A program made the position numbers and the translations under genes. From Lytechinus pictus (Eukaryota): a stretch of 64,000 nt of DNA. Below, one piece after another: positions 12,766-27,393 of this stretch (its first letter is position 1; each line of letters begins with the position of its first letter). The notes beneath the pieces were generated by a model. The model made no database searches and was not told the origin of the DNA. It was given only the letters and a program-made list of their open reading frames with translations. The DNA lies in the NCBI RefSeq assembly GCF_037042905.1, contig NC_087253.1:9424001-9488000 (forward strand), read 5' to 3'.

Positions 12766-15288
12766 CATGTGTGTGTGCATACTTACATAATTTGCTCTAA
12801 AAATGTCTTCGAGAAGTGCTGGTCGGTAATTATTTCCCTGTGTCCCAGATCCTGGATACGCCCTAGTCCCTGGAGAAACACCGCCGCCATTTTACGGTAG
12901 ACTGCATATCCGTATCAGGTAATTGCACATGACCTCTCGTGTAATGGTACCTAGAGGCATGCGGCCCAACTGATGCCCGCTAATTAAAAAAATAAAGGTA
13001 TTATTCAAACTATTGTATATGGTGTATAATACCAAGGAGAGTTATGTTAAACTACACCAGTGCTTAGAAAGGATCACACGAAGTGTTTTACACCAATATC
13101 AAATTCTAAGTTCAACAATTATCGTGTGTTTTTGTGTGTTTTTTTAAACTCTAATTGGCGTTATACTAAAAATTAATCAATTACTATATAGTTAAACAGG
13201 AAAAAAAGGACATTGTTTGGTCAAATATCGCTTAATACTCAGTACATTTTACGCAATGTTTTGTAATTCTTTGATCAATTGAATATGTTTTTTTCTACGA
13301 AATATTTTACATGAATAATGTATCCCTTCCATTTGAATGGATAACAATTGCCCGGACTGTTCATCTGGAATCGTGAAATTGCTTTGGTATTTCCAGGTTC
13401 AGTTTTCAAATCGTGATCATTTTTTTTCCTCGAGAGCAACGGGTTTTTTAGATTAGCTCGTCGCAGCATACAATAACATTAACTTCTATCAAACCTTTTA
13501 GTTATTATTTGAATATTTTGTTATTCGATTCGATTCAAATCAAATCAACATTTCTTCTATTTCTTCCTCACAAATATCATTTTTCAATATGAAGTATGAA
13601 AACAAATAATTGACATAAAAATTTAAATATATAATATTTAGTTCCTAACAGGAAAAAGTTGTAGTTCCCTGATAGCAAAATCTTGTGACGGGGTAGACCT
13701 ATAACATAAATACAATACAAAATAATGTACGAAAAAGGGAGGGCTAGAAAATTACAAAAAAAAACTCATGGTGAAAGACATTCTGAATATAGGCCTACAT
13801 ACATTGATATGTACATAAATGTATTTATATTGTGTAATTTCCCCTTTTTGTTGGAAAAAAACACCGAGTCAAAATGGAATTTTAAATGTTTGAGAGAGTA
13901 TATTGTACCAAAAGAGGACAATGAAAAAGAGAATGAAAATATTATTTCCATTTTACAATTTCAATATTTCAATTGCAACATACAATTATGGTAAATTTTC
14001 ATTTTCGTTTCAAAATGTATTCAAAATTTTGAAATGATACTTCTTCATATTTAGAGCTACCAGCCAGGACGAGAAAAGGGCGTTCGATAGACATGTATTT
14101 GACTACAATTTCTTGACAGAGGGCCCCCTTCCCTTTAAATCAACCCTGCGAGGTTCATCGTATTAAGATAATATTACACCATGCTACTCAGCAGAGATGA
14201 ACATCTTGATTAGACCTTCACTTAAAATAATTCACATAACTGGATTATATGGTAACGAGGCACCGTGCAGGAGGGAAAAGATACACTGGCCTATTATTAG
14301 TCGGTTGTGAACCCTCGATGAAAGGCATTGGTCTTAGGTGATGAGTTACGGTCACACCGATGAAACCGATTTCAAATCGACCGATTGTACGCCATACGAT
14401 ATAACGTGAAAGCTTTGATCGGTCTTGAGTTTCTTTCGTTGTTGTAACTGTGCATCAGGCATTGTACACCGATGTGTTGTGTTTTGTCGTTGCCAGGGTT
14501 GGACGAGGGAAAAGGAGGGGGTTCTTCATAACTGTTATATTAGACGTATCCACAGTCGTGTGCAATTAGGGTAGACGAGCTATATGGGGCAAGGAAATTT
14601 TAAGAAGGGGTGTATTTCCCTGCCCTACGAATCGTGCAATATTTGCCATAACTCTTGAAATATTCCACTGTAATCATCAAGTACAACATAGATGTTTTAT
14701 TTATTTATTTCATTTATCTATTTTTTATTATTATAATTAATATAACTTTATTGGGATGGGGGCTGAAGTAAGGATATTCTTTGTCTCTAAAGAAATATAT
14801 ACACTTATAATTATTATTACATTATTGTTATGCCCACATGCTAGCTTTGTAAGACATTAGGTGGGCAAATGTAAAAGGTTTCAATGTAGGATGGATGTTT
14901 GCCATAATGTACCTGCAAGCCGATATGTGCAAACGCCGATACCTATGACTTACTCGTGCATAATTTTATGTTCATGCTGGGAAAATGTGTTTTCATCTCT
15001 CTAGACTCTAGCCTAGGGGTATAGCAATAGGTGATGTGATGATATCACGTATTATATTTCACATTTGCTGGCTCAATTCCTTTGGAGCATGATGCGCCAC
15101 CAAGGGTCCGTTGCAGAAAGAGTTGCGTTTAAACGCTAGTCGAAAAATCAATCACAAGTCCAAAATGCGCGCTGTTGATTGGTTGAAAATCAAGCTGCAA
15201 ATGATTTTTAGAGTTGCGTAAGTCACACCAACGAAACCGACGGATGGAATGTAATTGAATATAAGGTAATGTAAATTTGATCGGTCTG

Positions 15289-15442
15289 GGGCCCGTTTCA
15301 TTAGAAGTTACAACTGTTGTAACTTTACCATTATGGTAACTACCAAGGCAACAGGGCTCAGCAGCCAATCAAAATCAAGGTTACCATGGTAGTTATAATG
15401 GCAAGGTTATACAACAGTTGTAACTCTCTATGAAACGGGCCC
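15289..15442. mobile_element. Short Harbinger-like MITE
   Basis: TIR GGGCCCGTTTCAT/ATGAAACGGGCCC, TSD CTG; related degraded copies near 23130-23282, 37640-37763 and 44380-44502. Confidence 0.8.
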
Positions 15443-15928
15443 CTGGAGTTGGTTTCGTCCATGGGACTGCGGCATGCATGTCACAAGGGGAACGTTTCAT
15501 GAAAGGACTCGTCGGTTCTTTAATCCGACAGAGTCTGTTTTATCCGACAGTTACCAAGGTAACAGTAACAGTACATATGACAGAGCTGACATCACTGTCA
15601 GTCAACAAATTTTGATGAAAATTGCTTCCCTGAACCTGACTGTCACAAACTACATTCCTTTAACATGTTACTGTATATTCCAAAAATACAGTAAAAGTTT
15701 TGTATCACCGACTGGAATTCCTAGCTACATCCTGGAAGGGCCTAGTGCAATGAAATCAGTATCACCATTATTGAAACGATTGTTGGTCTGTTGTTCTTGC
15801 TGTTCTTTCACGTGTTGGCCACTGTTCTGTGTCGGTGATTGTGTTACGGAATCGTTTACCCTTTGCATAAAGTAACTAATAATATTAGTAACTTTATGAT
15901 TGACTTACCATCAAATCCCATGATTATG

Positions 15929-16146
15929 CACTGCAAAAACTCTGGTGTTGATTGAAAACAAGCCCGGAAGTGTTAAACAACACCAGTTTCGTTTTGGTCT
16001 AACACCAGATATGTGTTTATACAACACCAATTAGTATTAAAACAGCATTGGTTTGATTCCAAACTGGTGTTGTTTCAATACTTCTCTTGTGTGGACATAT
16101 ATAGATTCCGGGCTGGTGTTAAATCAACACCGGGGGTTTTCCAGTG
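15929..16146. mobile_element. CACTG-terminated palindromic MITE
   Basis: CACTGCAAAAACTCTGGTGTTG...CAACACCGGGGGTTTTCCAGTG; same family at 38274-38514 and 45012-45251. Confidence 0.75.
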
Positions 16147-17689
16147 AGGTAACGCTGCCACCCTGTGGAAACTTCCATTAACTTCGATTCGCTGCTGTCC
16201 GCTAAAATTGGATGGCAAAGTTACTGTAATGGTAACCTGAAAGCTGTATACTTTAACCAAAGTCCTTGAGCATTCTCCGAGTGTGACGGACGTCCGTCAA
16301 TGCTGACGTAAGATCCTCCTGTATAAGCCTACTTCGAGCGATTATCAGTTGTGTTATTAATTTATAAAGCTAGGCCTTGCTATAAAGATCGCGGCGCCCC
16401 TTTCTTTCTGACCATGTCCAGATGTCCAGACTATCTTTCACCGATGGCACAGAATGCCTCTAAATGCGGTCAGTTGACATCTTGCTACCTACAAGGTTGA
16501 CCTGATAATGGTTATCTAGGTTACATAAACAGAAGGTCACATTTGTGTACGATTCTTATGACGTTTAATTATTGTGTGGGTTACGTGGCTAATGATAGCA
16601 AAGATTCATCCTTTTAGCACGCCATGAAAAGATATTAATTATGAGTAATGATATTCAGATCATTTTTTATCAACAAGAAGAACGATTCTCTTAATTTTTA
16701 TTACCTCCTGAAGTATCCTTTAGAAAATACGTATAAATATTTTTGTATTCATTTTTTTGACGTTCCACAACCGACATCCACTTCGGAATGATACGTGAAC
16801 AAACAAATGTCTTGCTCTCTCGTTTCGCTCTCTCATAGATTGTTCAAGGTCATAAATTGCAAGAGAACCCAAGCCCAATTCAATTCAATTGCCTCATCGC
16901 GCAAGCAATTTATTAGGGATACTCTTACATTCAACTCTGGGATTTCTGAATTGAAATTTGGACATTAAATCATCTACTTTTATACTAGGAATAGCTTCAT
17001 ATCTAACGGAGACAGCAATGTCTTACATAAAAGGTATATGAATACACAAAAATGAAAAATATAAATTCAGTGCGTATTTTCTATATAAACATACCGATAT
17101 TATTACCCTACCTTTGAGGTAATTTCAAATCGCGATGGATAGCGTTACCAATAACCAGTGGTGATAGATTACACGCCAGAATGCTCGTTTTATCGCGAGT
17201 GGCGACTGACCGCGCATCGCGATCTATCATCACTCGGGACCACATCGGTACAGTGAAGAACAATAAGTCTTAAATGATGGCATACTAGCACTAGTCATTT
17301 TAATTATAGCTGGGTGGAATTAAAGGCAAATTCGTTAGGTTATTATAATATTCAATGAAGAGTAAATTCACATCTAACTTAGAGATCAAGGATGTATTGT
17401 AAAACAAAAACAACAACAACATGAACATGATCCTAGTTTTCTAGCCTATATAAAACATCATTGGTGTGTATTGCCCAACTCTCAGATAGGATCACCAATC
17501 CCTATGGATAGCGTTGTTATGCAACCAACATTGGTGATATATAGGTTGGAGAATGGTTCTTAACAGGGAGAGCTGACTGATCGCGCATCACGAGCCATCG
17601 TCACTCGTGACCACATTGGTGCGGTGAAAAACAAGTTGTGATAACCTATATTGACCTGCTAGCACTGGCAATCCTGTGGTTTTTTTTAT

Positions 17690-17890
17690 TTACCTTACCT
17701 TACCGCTGTTCCTTTTCTTTAAAGAGGTTGAATGTCACGGTTTTCCATCTTTCTCTGTCCAGTGCTATCTCACAGCATTCATATAAGTTTCTGCTGTCAT
17801 CTTCTCAATATTTTCAATATAGCTTTTCTGTTTTTCGTACCCTTCCTCTTCTTCCTTTATTTTTTCCCTCCATGATTTCCTTTGGCAAGG
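17690..17890 (-). mobile_element. 3' fragment of an RTE-type LINE
   Basis: Minus strand reads (with frameshifts) LPKEIMEGKNKGRRGR..SYIENI..ALDRERWK, then a (TAAGG)n tail. Confidence 0.65.
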
Positions 17891-20800
17891 ATTTATGTCT
17901 TCTGGTTTTTAACTGGCCGGGGTTAACGACACATCAAAGTCATATCGTCTGTCTTACATGTTGTCCTCTCACAGGCCATCTTGTCCAAATCTCTGCTCAA
18001 CCAAAGACGCATTTCTGCTTGCCATTCCAAAGACTCGTACAAATATGGTGATGGCATATCGCATTATAAGTGCATCTGAAGAATAGATCAACATTCTCTA
18101 TTACATATCAAATCATCAAACTCTATTTAAGAAACTCTTAAAACAAACCCTCTTTTCCGATTACTAATTACATTATTCCTTTGTCCTTAAATTCTTTCGC
18201 ATATATATTTGTATATGTATTTTAATTAGTATGTATTTTCCATAATTAGTATACATCTCTATGGTATTTTCATACTTATCGTTGGTTAATCATGTGATAT
18301 AGTGACATGTAGAGGGCGTCTTAAATGTTGTTTTTCAACCAAGTGAATTTCATTTGTTTTCTTCCGGCAATGCCCAAAGCAGGCAAATGAATTTGTGTGA
18401 GGGATGTGGGGATCCTTTTTACATCCCTTTCCCGTGGTCTTTACAAAGATTTCTACCCGTGAATTCTAATTTACCCGGAAGCATTTCATGCAAGCACGTG
18501 TCTGACGTTTTATTCGCAAGCTACCATAGCAACACTATTCTCAACCAATCAAAATCAAAGGAATATGTAAGATCTGACAACTTGTCAGCCAACAAGTGTT
18601 GATGAAACTCTCCCTTCCGATAAGAGCCCGGCGAGTAGGGTGCCTTTAAGATTGGGAACATGCCAAGAAACTGAGATCACCTTTCAACAGCTCGGGATAC
18701 CTGAAAGTCAATAGTCTCCTGCTTTCTAATGTGTGCTGACGACACTGCGAACATGGACATCCTCCTTCAAACAACTTCGGTCAACAAAGAGATAGGATTC
18801 TCCTCCGCTTGTAGAGCTTCCCTCCCCCCACTCTTCCCTATCTGTTTGTCTCATCTCCATTCCTTCCCCGTTGGTTATGTCTATACCCCCCCCCCCTCAC
18901 ACACCCCATCGATCTCTCTAGTTCTCTCTCCTGTTCACTTGTCTCTTCCTACATATTTTTTTTTTCAAATTGTAGATTTTGAAGCAAAAATGAATTAAGT
19001 AAAAACGGAAAATTAAAGTAAAAAATCGATAACCCGAATCCCTTGCCCCGCTCATCTCCTTTCCTTCTTCACCCCCTCCTATGTATCTTTGCCTTCTGCT
19101 CTTTCTCTCCACCTGTCTCTTCCGGATAAAAAAAAAACAACAAGAACAAAAATAGAAATATACAGATTACTAGTAATTTTAGTGATTGGTGCGGAGATGA
19201 ACTACATAAACCGACAGACAATACCCGATAACCGCGAAATAGCTCATAGCAATATTCGGTACTCTCCTCATTGAACCATCCTATTCATGCAATTCGCGTC
19301 TTGATTGTTTCGTGTTTATCAATTAGAACAATGATTTATCGTTTGTGAAAACCACCGAGGATAGTCATCAATCAGTCTATCCTGTGAAGGCAGATGTAAA
19401 CGAGAAGAAGTCATGGCGACGTAACAGTACATAATCAAGGCGTGTTCGTATATGATTGGGGGCAAGAGCGGTTACACAGTGGACGGGGGCAACTGCCCCT
19501 GTGATTTTTTAAGAAGTGAAAACAAAATACAAACGAGAAGCGAAGGGAGGGGGGGGGGGATAATAGCAAATAAAAGCATGAAAAGGAAAGTTATTGGCCA
19601 TCATGGCTATATAGTAGTTCCCCTGTGAAAGGTTTAATGTCCCTTTCATTAAGTTACCTCTTTCTGCCCATTGCATTCCAGTGGCTAAATTTATTTTATG
19701 TAATGATATACATGTGCTACTCCTTAGAACAATGATAATAATAGTAATTATCTATTTATTCATTTAATAAAGCATCTTTATACAGGATGACATGTTCAGA
19801 TTATATAAACTGTTTTGCTACATGGTTAACATAAAACGATTTTGTCAAACAACGTACACAAAATGCATAAGATAATGGTCACATGAAAAAAAAATAGTGA
19901 GTGATGTAGGTATTATCAACAAAACATCAAAGGCACGAAAATACTTGTACAATTGGTAATTCATACCAAATAGAAGATATAGACTGGCATAGAAATATAT
20001 GATGGAGAGCGGAAAGAATAACATTAATTCAATTACAAACGTCATGTTTATTAAAATATTCTTGCACCCGCCGCCTATCAAAACAATCCCGACGCCGCCC
20101 CTGGTAACGGGGTGGGGGACCTTTTGGATTATACTCCGTTGAAAAATATTGCCGTCTGATTTTGTGTAATTCTTACATGTTTTCATACATGATGAGAAAC
20201 TGGCTCGAGTATATACCTTTATGTGGGATTTTAGAGCAATGTAATTGATACAACACTTGGCTCATTATAGTCCGATGATAAAAATGACGCCATTTAATTG
20301 CGAAATAAAATTTGACCTGGAATTGATTCACTGATTAGTGTGAAAGGTTGTCTGCCTGTAAATTTCCCAATTACTCCTCCTCATCCACATGACCTATTTG
20401 GGTGAATTATAGATGAGCTTTGAAATTGACCACCATTAGTCGACCAATGAAGCGAATAGATTGTAACAAGACGGCAGAAATGCTACAGCCACATCCTTGA
20501 CTGCTTGAAGCTGACTCTAGAGTCTAGACCAAAGATCAAAGCGATATCGACATTATTTCAAATGGCATGTTATCGGTCGCTTCGGAATCGGTTTTGTTAG
20601 TGTAACTGTAGCATTTTTTTTCCGGACCAAAAATGTATACCTATAACTCTTTTTTATCTTCACGGCTTTAAACTTGGAAAACGCCGTTTTACTTCTTTCT
20701 TTCTTCTTCAACATTCAAGTCAGAACCATGCCAATAGCGTCTGCCCAAAACGCAATCCATTTGAATTCACATTTCAAATCTATTTTCACGGAATAAGAAA

Positions 20801-21369
20801 ACTGTCTTCAGGTTTTAAGCGGTTGAATATAGAGATAATACATTTCAAGTTGCTAATTTTGGCACCATGTTTAAATCATAAGTAATTAATAACCAGTAAA
20901 ATTTACTTATGTATAAGAGTTCAGGAAAATTGAAACGGAAATTTTTTTTTCTCATTTATTTATTGTTTATTTTTCATTTTTGGATGAAGCTATGATGTTT
21001 ATAATGATGTATTTGTTTACAGTTTATAATGTTGTATGAGGGATATTTTCATGTTGAATGTTTAATTGCAGGCGCCTTTGTAAAGCAGTTTTTCAAATTT
21101 GAACAGACCTAGCCAACAGTATTAAATACATTTAAATAAATGCGTTTTCGTTTTTCATGCCTTAACTACGGACCGTTGCAGGAATAGTTTCTTCTAAAGA
21201 AAAGAGAGTGTGGATGGAGGGGGGGGGGGGGGACTCAAGCACAAGTCTTGAACGTGCGCTTTCGACTGGTTGCATATACCGAGTTGTGTATGACATTTTG
21301 AACTGTGATTGATTGCATCCTTGTGTACAACGGGCGCCTAGGTCATGCGCTATCTCTGCCGGTCTGAAA

Positions 21370-21790
21370 CGTCTCAACCAACCTACCAGATCGGTTTACA
21401 TAAAAACCTCCCCACTGTTGGTTTAGAAAAAAAAAACATTCTCTTTACACGCAATTCAAAACATTCAGTATCCAATAAAAGGATATCCGTACACGGTTCC
21501 AAACTCTGGAATAATATTCCAACTGCAATAAGAAAGGCAGCAACTTTAACGTTTACTACAATCCTTCATTGTAATATATTGGAGTACCCTCAGACCCTAG
21601 CCCGAGATTTAACACACTTTTTTTCTTCTATTTGTTCTTTGTTATCCTTTTTTGTTGTTGTTGTTGTATGTGTTTACATGTAACAGGGCCCTTTGGGAGA
21701 ACAGTGTGTGTCATTGATGAGGCTGCTCTGTATTAACATGACTTGATATTAATAATAACGATAGTAATGATAATAATAATGATAATAATA
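21370..21790 (+). mobile_element. 3' fragment of a CR1/L2-group LINE
   Basis: ORF 21345 contains ISVHGSKLWNNIPTAIRKAATL (typical ORF2 C-terminal GxKLWNxLP motif), then UTR and (AAT)n tail. Confidence 0.55.
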
Positions 21791-22613
21791 ATGTAATACT
21801 TAATGTTAATAATACATATTATAATAATACAAGTATTCATAATGATAATATTAATAACAATAATAATAATAAGCATAATAATATGAATGATAATAATATA
21901 TAATATTAATTATTATTATTTTCTTTTAATCCAAAGTTAGAATGTTCATATACTGACCGACCTCATTGTGTTTTTCTGAACTGCAGGCCTACTCAGCTTA
22001 ACATTTAAGATATATACATGTATGATAATAGAGTTTGGTATCTCGCACGAATGCATTCACGGAGACACGCTTCGCTTGCTACTTAATGATGAAGTATTAA
22101 TTTCAAAACGATTAGCCATAGTCCCATGCATGGTTAATCACGTGATGACGAAGGGATAAGCGATGTCAGTTGTTATCAAGCTAATGTGACGTCATTGAAA
22201 GGCTGGTGCAAGCGTCGATGTAGGACCTACATTACTTTCCTGTCATTTGTTTAAAGTTTACATTTATTAAAGATAGTGTTGTAATGAACTGGGAATTTCA
22301 TGTTGCATGGGGTCAATTTTTTTAAACAAATGCTGCAAGGGAGTGAAGTAAACGAGCATAAAAATCAATCTGTTTGATGCAATTCCATAACAAATGTTGA
22401 GATAAATTGAGAAAATGATATCATAATTATATAAATGTATTTTCTTTCATGTTCATTTTACCCGTCTTGTTTATCTATTTAATTATTATGATCATATTTG
22501 CTTTTATCATTTTGCTATTATTACTATTTTTTTTGTTTATTTGTATTTTCCATTCATTTTTCATTTATCATTTATTTATTTATTCAATTCATTGATTGTT
22601 TTTTTTATTAATT

Positions 22614-22742
22614 NNNNNNNNNNNNNNNNNNNNNNNNNNNNNNNNNNNNNNNNNNNNNNNNNNNNNNNNNNNNNNNNNNNNNNNNNNNNNNNNNNNNNNN
22701 NNNNNNNNNNNNNNNNNNNNNNNNNNNNNNNNNNNNNNNNNN
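22614..22742. other. Assembly gap
   Basis: Run of N. Confidence 1.
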
Positions 22743-23646
22743 ACTACATGTAGTAGAAGACGTAGTAGTAGTATTTATATTTTTTTGTTGGAGGGGGGGG
22801 GGGTGTTCTCTTGGTTCCCCATTCTGTACGCAAATAATTGAAGGGTATTCATGTTTCCCGTTAAGTCTTCACGATAGAATGTATTTTCTTCAGTTACTGA
22901 ATTATGATGTCGCCTATACCCGCGGTAGGGCTACAAATTATTTTGTCAAAGGCGGTGGTATGTTCTCATAAGGGTGAGCAAGTTTCCAAACGCTATTTAT
23001 ACAGAATAAAACTAACCTCCGCCCCAAAAAGAAATTAATATGTAAATAGATAAAATAGATAAATTATTACGAAATCATATCGTTACGTATAAGAATGCAG
23101 GTCTTAGGTATAAGACGTTGTCATTTTCTTGGCCCCGTTGCATAAAAGTTACCATTATGCTAACTTTGCCATCCAATGGTAACTACTATGGTAACGCTGA
23201 TCAACAGCCCATCAGAATCAAGGATTCCATGCAAGTTATCATTGCATGGCAAAGTACTGGTAACTCTTATGCAACGGTGTCCTGATGAATTTGTCATAGC
23301 TTAAACTAAACAAAAAGTTAAACCATTTGTTTACATATGAACCTACCAACGTCTGGCTAAATCATAATTGAATGTAAAATGATATTAAAATAAACATTCA
23401 TTTGTTTCATAGGTTAACCAACGTTGGAGTGGGTTTAAACCATTTCTGTCATTTCTATGAGTGAAGATTCCGAATAATTAGGTCAATTTGAATAGAAGTG
23501 GGCCATGGAGTTGATGACAGAACCTAATCAGGATAATGGGAGATTACAATTATAGCCTATGATTTAATCATTGAAGAGTAGGGGTACAGAGGTTTGCTCG
23601 CAACTTGGTCTTATTTGTTCCCGCTGTATTAAAACATAGTGCCCAG

Positions 23647-24673
23647 GGGCCCGTTTCTCAACACCGTCATAAGTCTAACTTCTTGACTAAATCGGAGATA
23701 GTGAGCTACTTGTCCGCTAACCGTTTCACGAAGCCCTCTTTACCAAGATCGGGTACAACAACCTCACTAAATACTTATGACACCTCCGAACCTGTCTTAA
23801 CTTCTTTCTTAATGACGTAGTGGCATCACGTGGGTAGACTATGACATGCGAAAGTGCCTAGAAATTTTAAAATTATAATCTTACGTAATCAATCATAGTG
23901 GTTGAAATTACATCACAAAACAAGTGGGTTAATGCATTCAATGATAATTGTAATACAAAGAAACTATAAAAACTGTTGGTAAACGCCACAAAACCATTCA
24001 TTTTGAAATAGTAAAATGATTTAATCGATAAAGATTCTACCACGTCAGGCCATCCATAACTGAACTCGTATTTGTTGTTTTCAGACCCCTATTAACAGTT
24101 GGATGAATTCTTTCTCTAATTTATGCATATAATTTGTCCAATATCGTATCTTTCGGTATCAATGATTAAAAATATTTTGTTAAACTATAATTTGATGACG
24201 TTTGGAATCGTAAAAGTCCGTATAATTATCATCATTTTACAAAGAAAACCGTTATGGTTTACTTTCGTAAGCTATTAAAATTGGGTCTCCCGGGGGTACC
24301 CATCTCAACGTCCACAAGTGATTTTTTAGTCATGAAATGAATTATTCAGAATTTAATTTTCTCTGCAATTGAATGCTCCAGTCTTCATGGTCTAAGTATG
24401 TATGATGCATAATTCACCTGTGCTATTATTTTGAAAAGATTTATTTCCCAATTCATCATAATATTTGCAAGTTTGTCATAATTTTTCTTTTTGAAAATTA
24501 TGCTATTTTGTGACTAAGGCTACGTCTCGTCTGCTCTTTTTAACGATAGTATCGATATCAAGGTATTCTAGTTAGGAAGCCTTTCGAGAAACAGGTTTAG
24601 TAAGATTGGAACTAACTCCGTGGTTGGTGGATAAAGATATGACTAACTTGTCCATGTGTTGAGAAACGGGCCC
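23647..24673. mobile_element. 1-kb non-autonomous Harbinger-like DNA transposon
   Basis: TIR GGGCCCGTTTCTCAACAC/GTGTTGAGAAACGGGCCC, 3-bp TSD CAG, no transposase ORF. Confidence 0.8.
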
Positions 24674-26089
24674 CAGTTCACTTCTAAATGATAATGATTT
24701 TTTATAGCCGTTAAAATGTGTTGTCCCACCAAAAAAATGAAAAATTGTATTCACGATATATAGCAATCCATGTATGATATCAATTTATTGTGCATTTTCA
24801 CCGAAATCGCTATTTAGTGTGTTAATGTATGTGGATGTGACATATGTGAAATGACATGTGGGGGGGGGGGGGGATGTGTATAGAAGAGATGGGAGATGGC
24901 GGGGAGATCCATTTCGAACAAGGATCAGCTTCTTGGAACCAATGTTGATATCACAGAACAGGATAATGGACATCATATTGATATTCGACGAAATGAAGAC
25001 GGGGGGGGGGGGGGTGTTGGGAGAAAAAAATCGAAAGAGGGAGAGGGGATCGGATAAGAGAGAACAAGAAATCGAAACAGACGAGGATGAGAAGGAGAAT
25101 GAGAGAGAGAGAGATAGAGAAAAAAAAAGGACTATAGCCATCATGACCTAAAACGCTGCATAAACTGATGATTATTTGTTAGTGCATGGTGTGCCAATGT
25201 TGCATGGTAAAATTTGGAACAAGGTTAGCATAACACGTAAAAAAATGCTATACTGTTAAAAAAATGCAAACATTGTCTTGTCTTGTCTACGAAGTAAGGA
25301 ATAAAAACATCCCGCCAATCTTTGACAAGTTCCATTGTGCATTAGACCACACCTTACGCCACATCTATATAAACATCCTTCTTTGAAAGACAAATGTTAT
25401 TATGACGTCATCCCGAAACGGGGCACCAAAAACAATTTAAAATGTCGTGCGTCCTCTCGCCGGGTGTCCTCGTGATTGACAAGGCAAAATGACATTGCCA
25501 ATTTACGGAACAGTGGGGGATGTCTAGAAAACAAAATAATGTTGTCATGAGCGGAATATATAATGTTTAATGATGTATCATTTCGGATTTAATAGAATTT
25601 AGATGGCTGAATTTCAGTGGTGTTAGTTAATTACCCATGACCGATGCAATAACAACACCTGCATAGTGTTATGTCAACACTATTTGGTGTATGAGTTTTA
25701 GCACCTACTTTTTTGCAATGCTCTGACAACACCGAATTGTGTTTTTTACACGGGTACTTTTACGGAAATTGAGGAATGCAAAGCGACCATATCTGGAAAG
25801 CAGTACAGCCCGCTTATCGACTGGCACAAGTGTTGCAAAAGTTTCCCCTAAATTTTGTTTTATTTTTATTTATTTGTACGTTTTATTGAAAGCAGAAATG
25901 ATATTTAGCCCTGATATAGACTACATGGTCTGTGGTAAGTTCAGGGATGAATCCGGAGATTATGCATTTTAATTTCAAATTACCAGATTAAATCTAAGAG
26001 ACCACTAAGCGCCTAACCAAATGAATTATGATATTCATATTTTTTTATTGTATTTCATGTGCCAACCAATACAAGTACTGCTTTATACT

Positions 26090-26311
26090 CAGGGTCGGAT
26101 CAAGGATTTTCCAAGGGGGGGGGGGCACATTTTACCGATGAAAAATTTGACAAGCAAAAAAAACAAAAAAAAACAGATCTTCATTTTAAAGAACTCTTCT
26201 GTTTTAATGGCATTTTTACATTACAATTTTTAATTGTGACTCTCAAAGGGGGGGGGGGGGGGGGGCACGGGCCGGCTTTGCCCACCCCCCACCCCCTGTA
26301 TCCGCCAATAT
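26090..26311. mobile_element. Poly-G/poly-C hAT-like MITE
   Basis: CAGGGTCGGATC...GTATCCGCCAAT with 8-bp TSD TTTATACT; similar G/C-run elements near 171-374, 735-835, 2722-3450 and 10135-10285. Confidence 0.6.
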
Positions 26312-26700
26312 TTTATACTCATTTGTGTCTTTTAGTAGGTACGTCAAGTTAAAGGGGCAAACAGTTCACCGGGACCCTTTAGTAAATGCTCCTTTTTAAA
26401 AAAGTGGGTCTTCACCAATTTAAATTCTTATTTATAACCGGTAGAACGTAGTCTTCATGAAAGGACAACTACTTGGTAAGTCAACCGAACACCATCAGCG
26501 CTCGTTCGAGCACTATGACACCGAACGTAAAAACCCTCAAATACCAGTCACAGATTTGGGCAGTGAACGAGAAGGCTCGTCACAGATTACTTCGCGCATG
26601 CGCAGCGCTCCCAAAATTCCTTAATCTCGTACGTCTACATGGCTCGTCACAGAAAACGAAAAGTCTCTATTATCAGAAAGACGACGACACGGTCAACCTG

Positions 26701-26857
26701 GGGGGCGTTTCATGAAAGGACTTGTCGGACGTTTTATCCGACAAGTCCCATTTTATCCGACAGTTACCATAGTAACAGTACCTCTCAGCCAATCAACATC
26801 AGAGAAAGATGTCAGATCTGACAACTTGTCGGACGAAAATGTTGATGAAACGCCCCC
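26701..26857. mobile_element. Short Harbinger-like MITE
   Basis: TIR GGGGGCGTTTCAT/ATGAAACGCCCCC flanked by CWG; degraded relatives near 6295-6425, 15487-15630 and 18477-18615. Confidence 0.7.
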
Positions 26858-27086
26858 CAGGTCCCCAACCACCATTAAAACCTTTTTTTTTAATTATTAT
26901 TTGCACTTTCTCATCGAAAAAATATATATGCAATGCACACCAAACAACATTAATAAGAAAATGCATACAAAGAATTTCACAATAGAAAGAAAGAAACTTG
27001 GTTCATTGATTTGGTGCTTATATGTTTCGAGGATAAAAAAACCTAATTTATCTGGTGCTATGACGAAAATGAAGCCAGTACACATG

Positions 27087-27393
27087 GGCCCGTATGCTGA
27101 AGTCGGGTTTAATTTAAACTCAGGTTTAAAGTTGTGGTTTTAGTATGGATAGCCAATTGTTACATAAATCACTAATGGTAGATATATCTTATTTCAGCTC
27201 ATTTGGCTCTCAAATCATTCATAATTGTTTAGGAAGTATTAATAGATGATTGTCCTCACCATCGATGAATCAGGAAACAGCACAGTAAACAAGAAACATA
27301 CTACTTAATTTTTGTTCATACTTATGGCTTCCCATAATTTTAGCAAAGAGTTAGACCGTGGTCTAATTTAAACCTGACTTCAGAATACGGGCC
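27087..27393. mobile_element. MITE family A (Harbinger-like), copy 3
   Basis: Same TIRs and body; TSD ATG. Confidence 0.85.

Noticed and set aside
18600-18800. Possible RT remnant (MCADDT)
   Set aside because: Too degraded to support with a second motif
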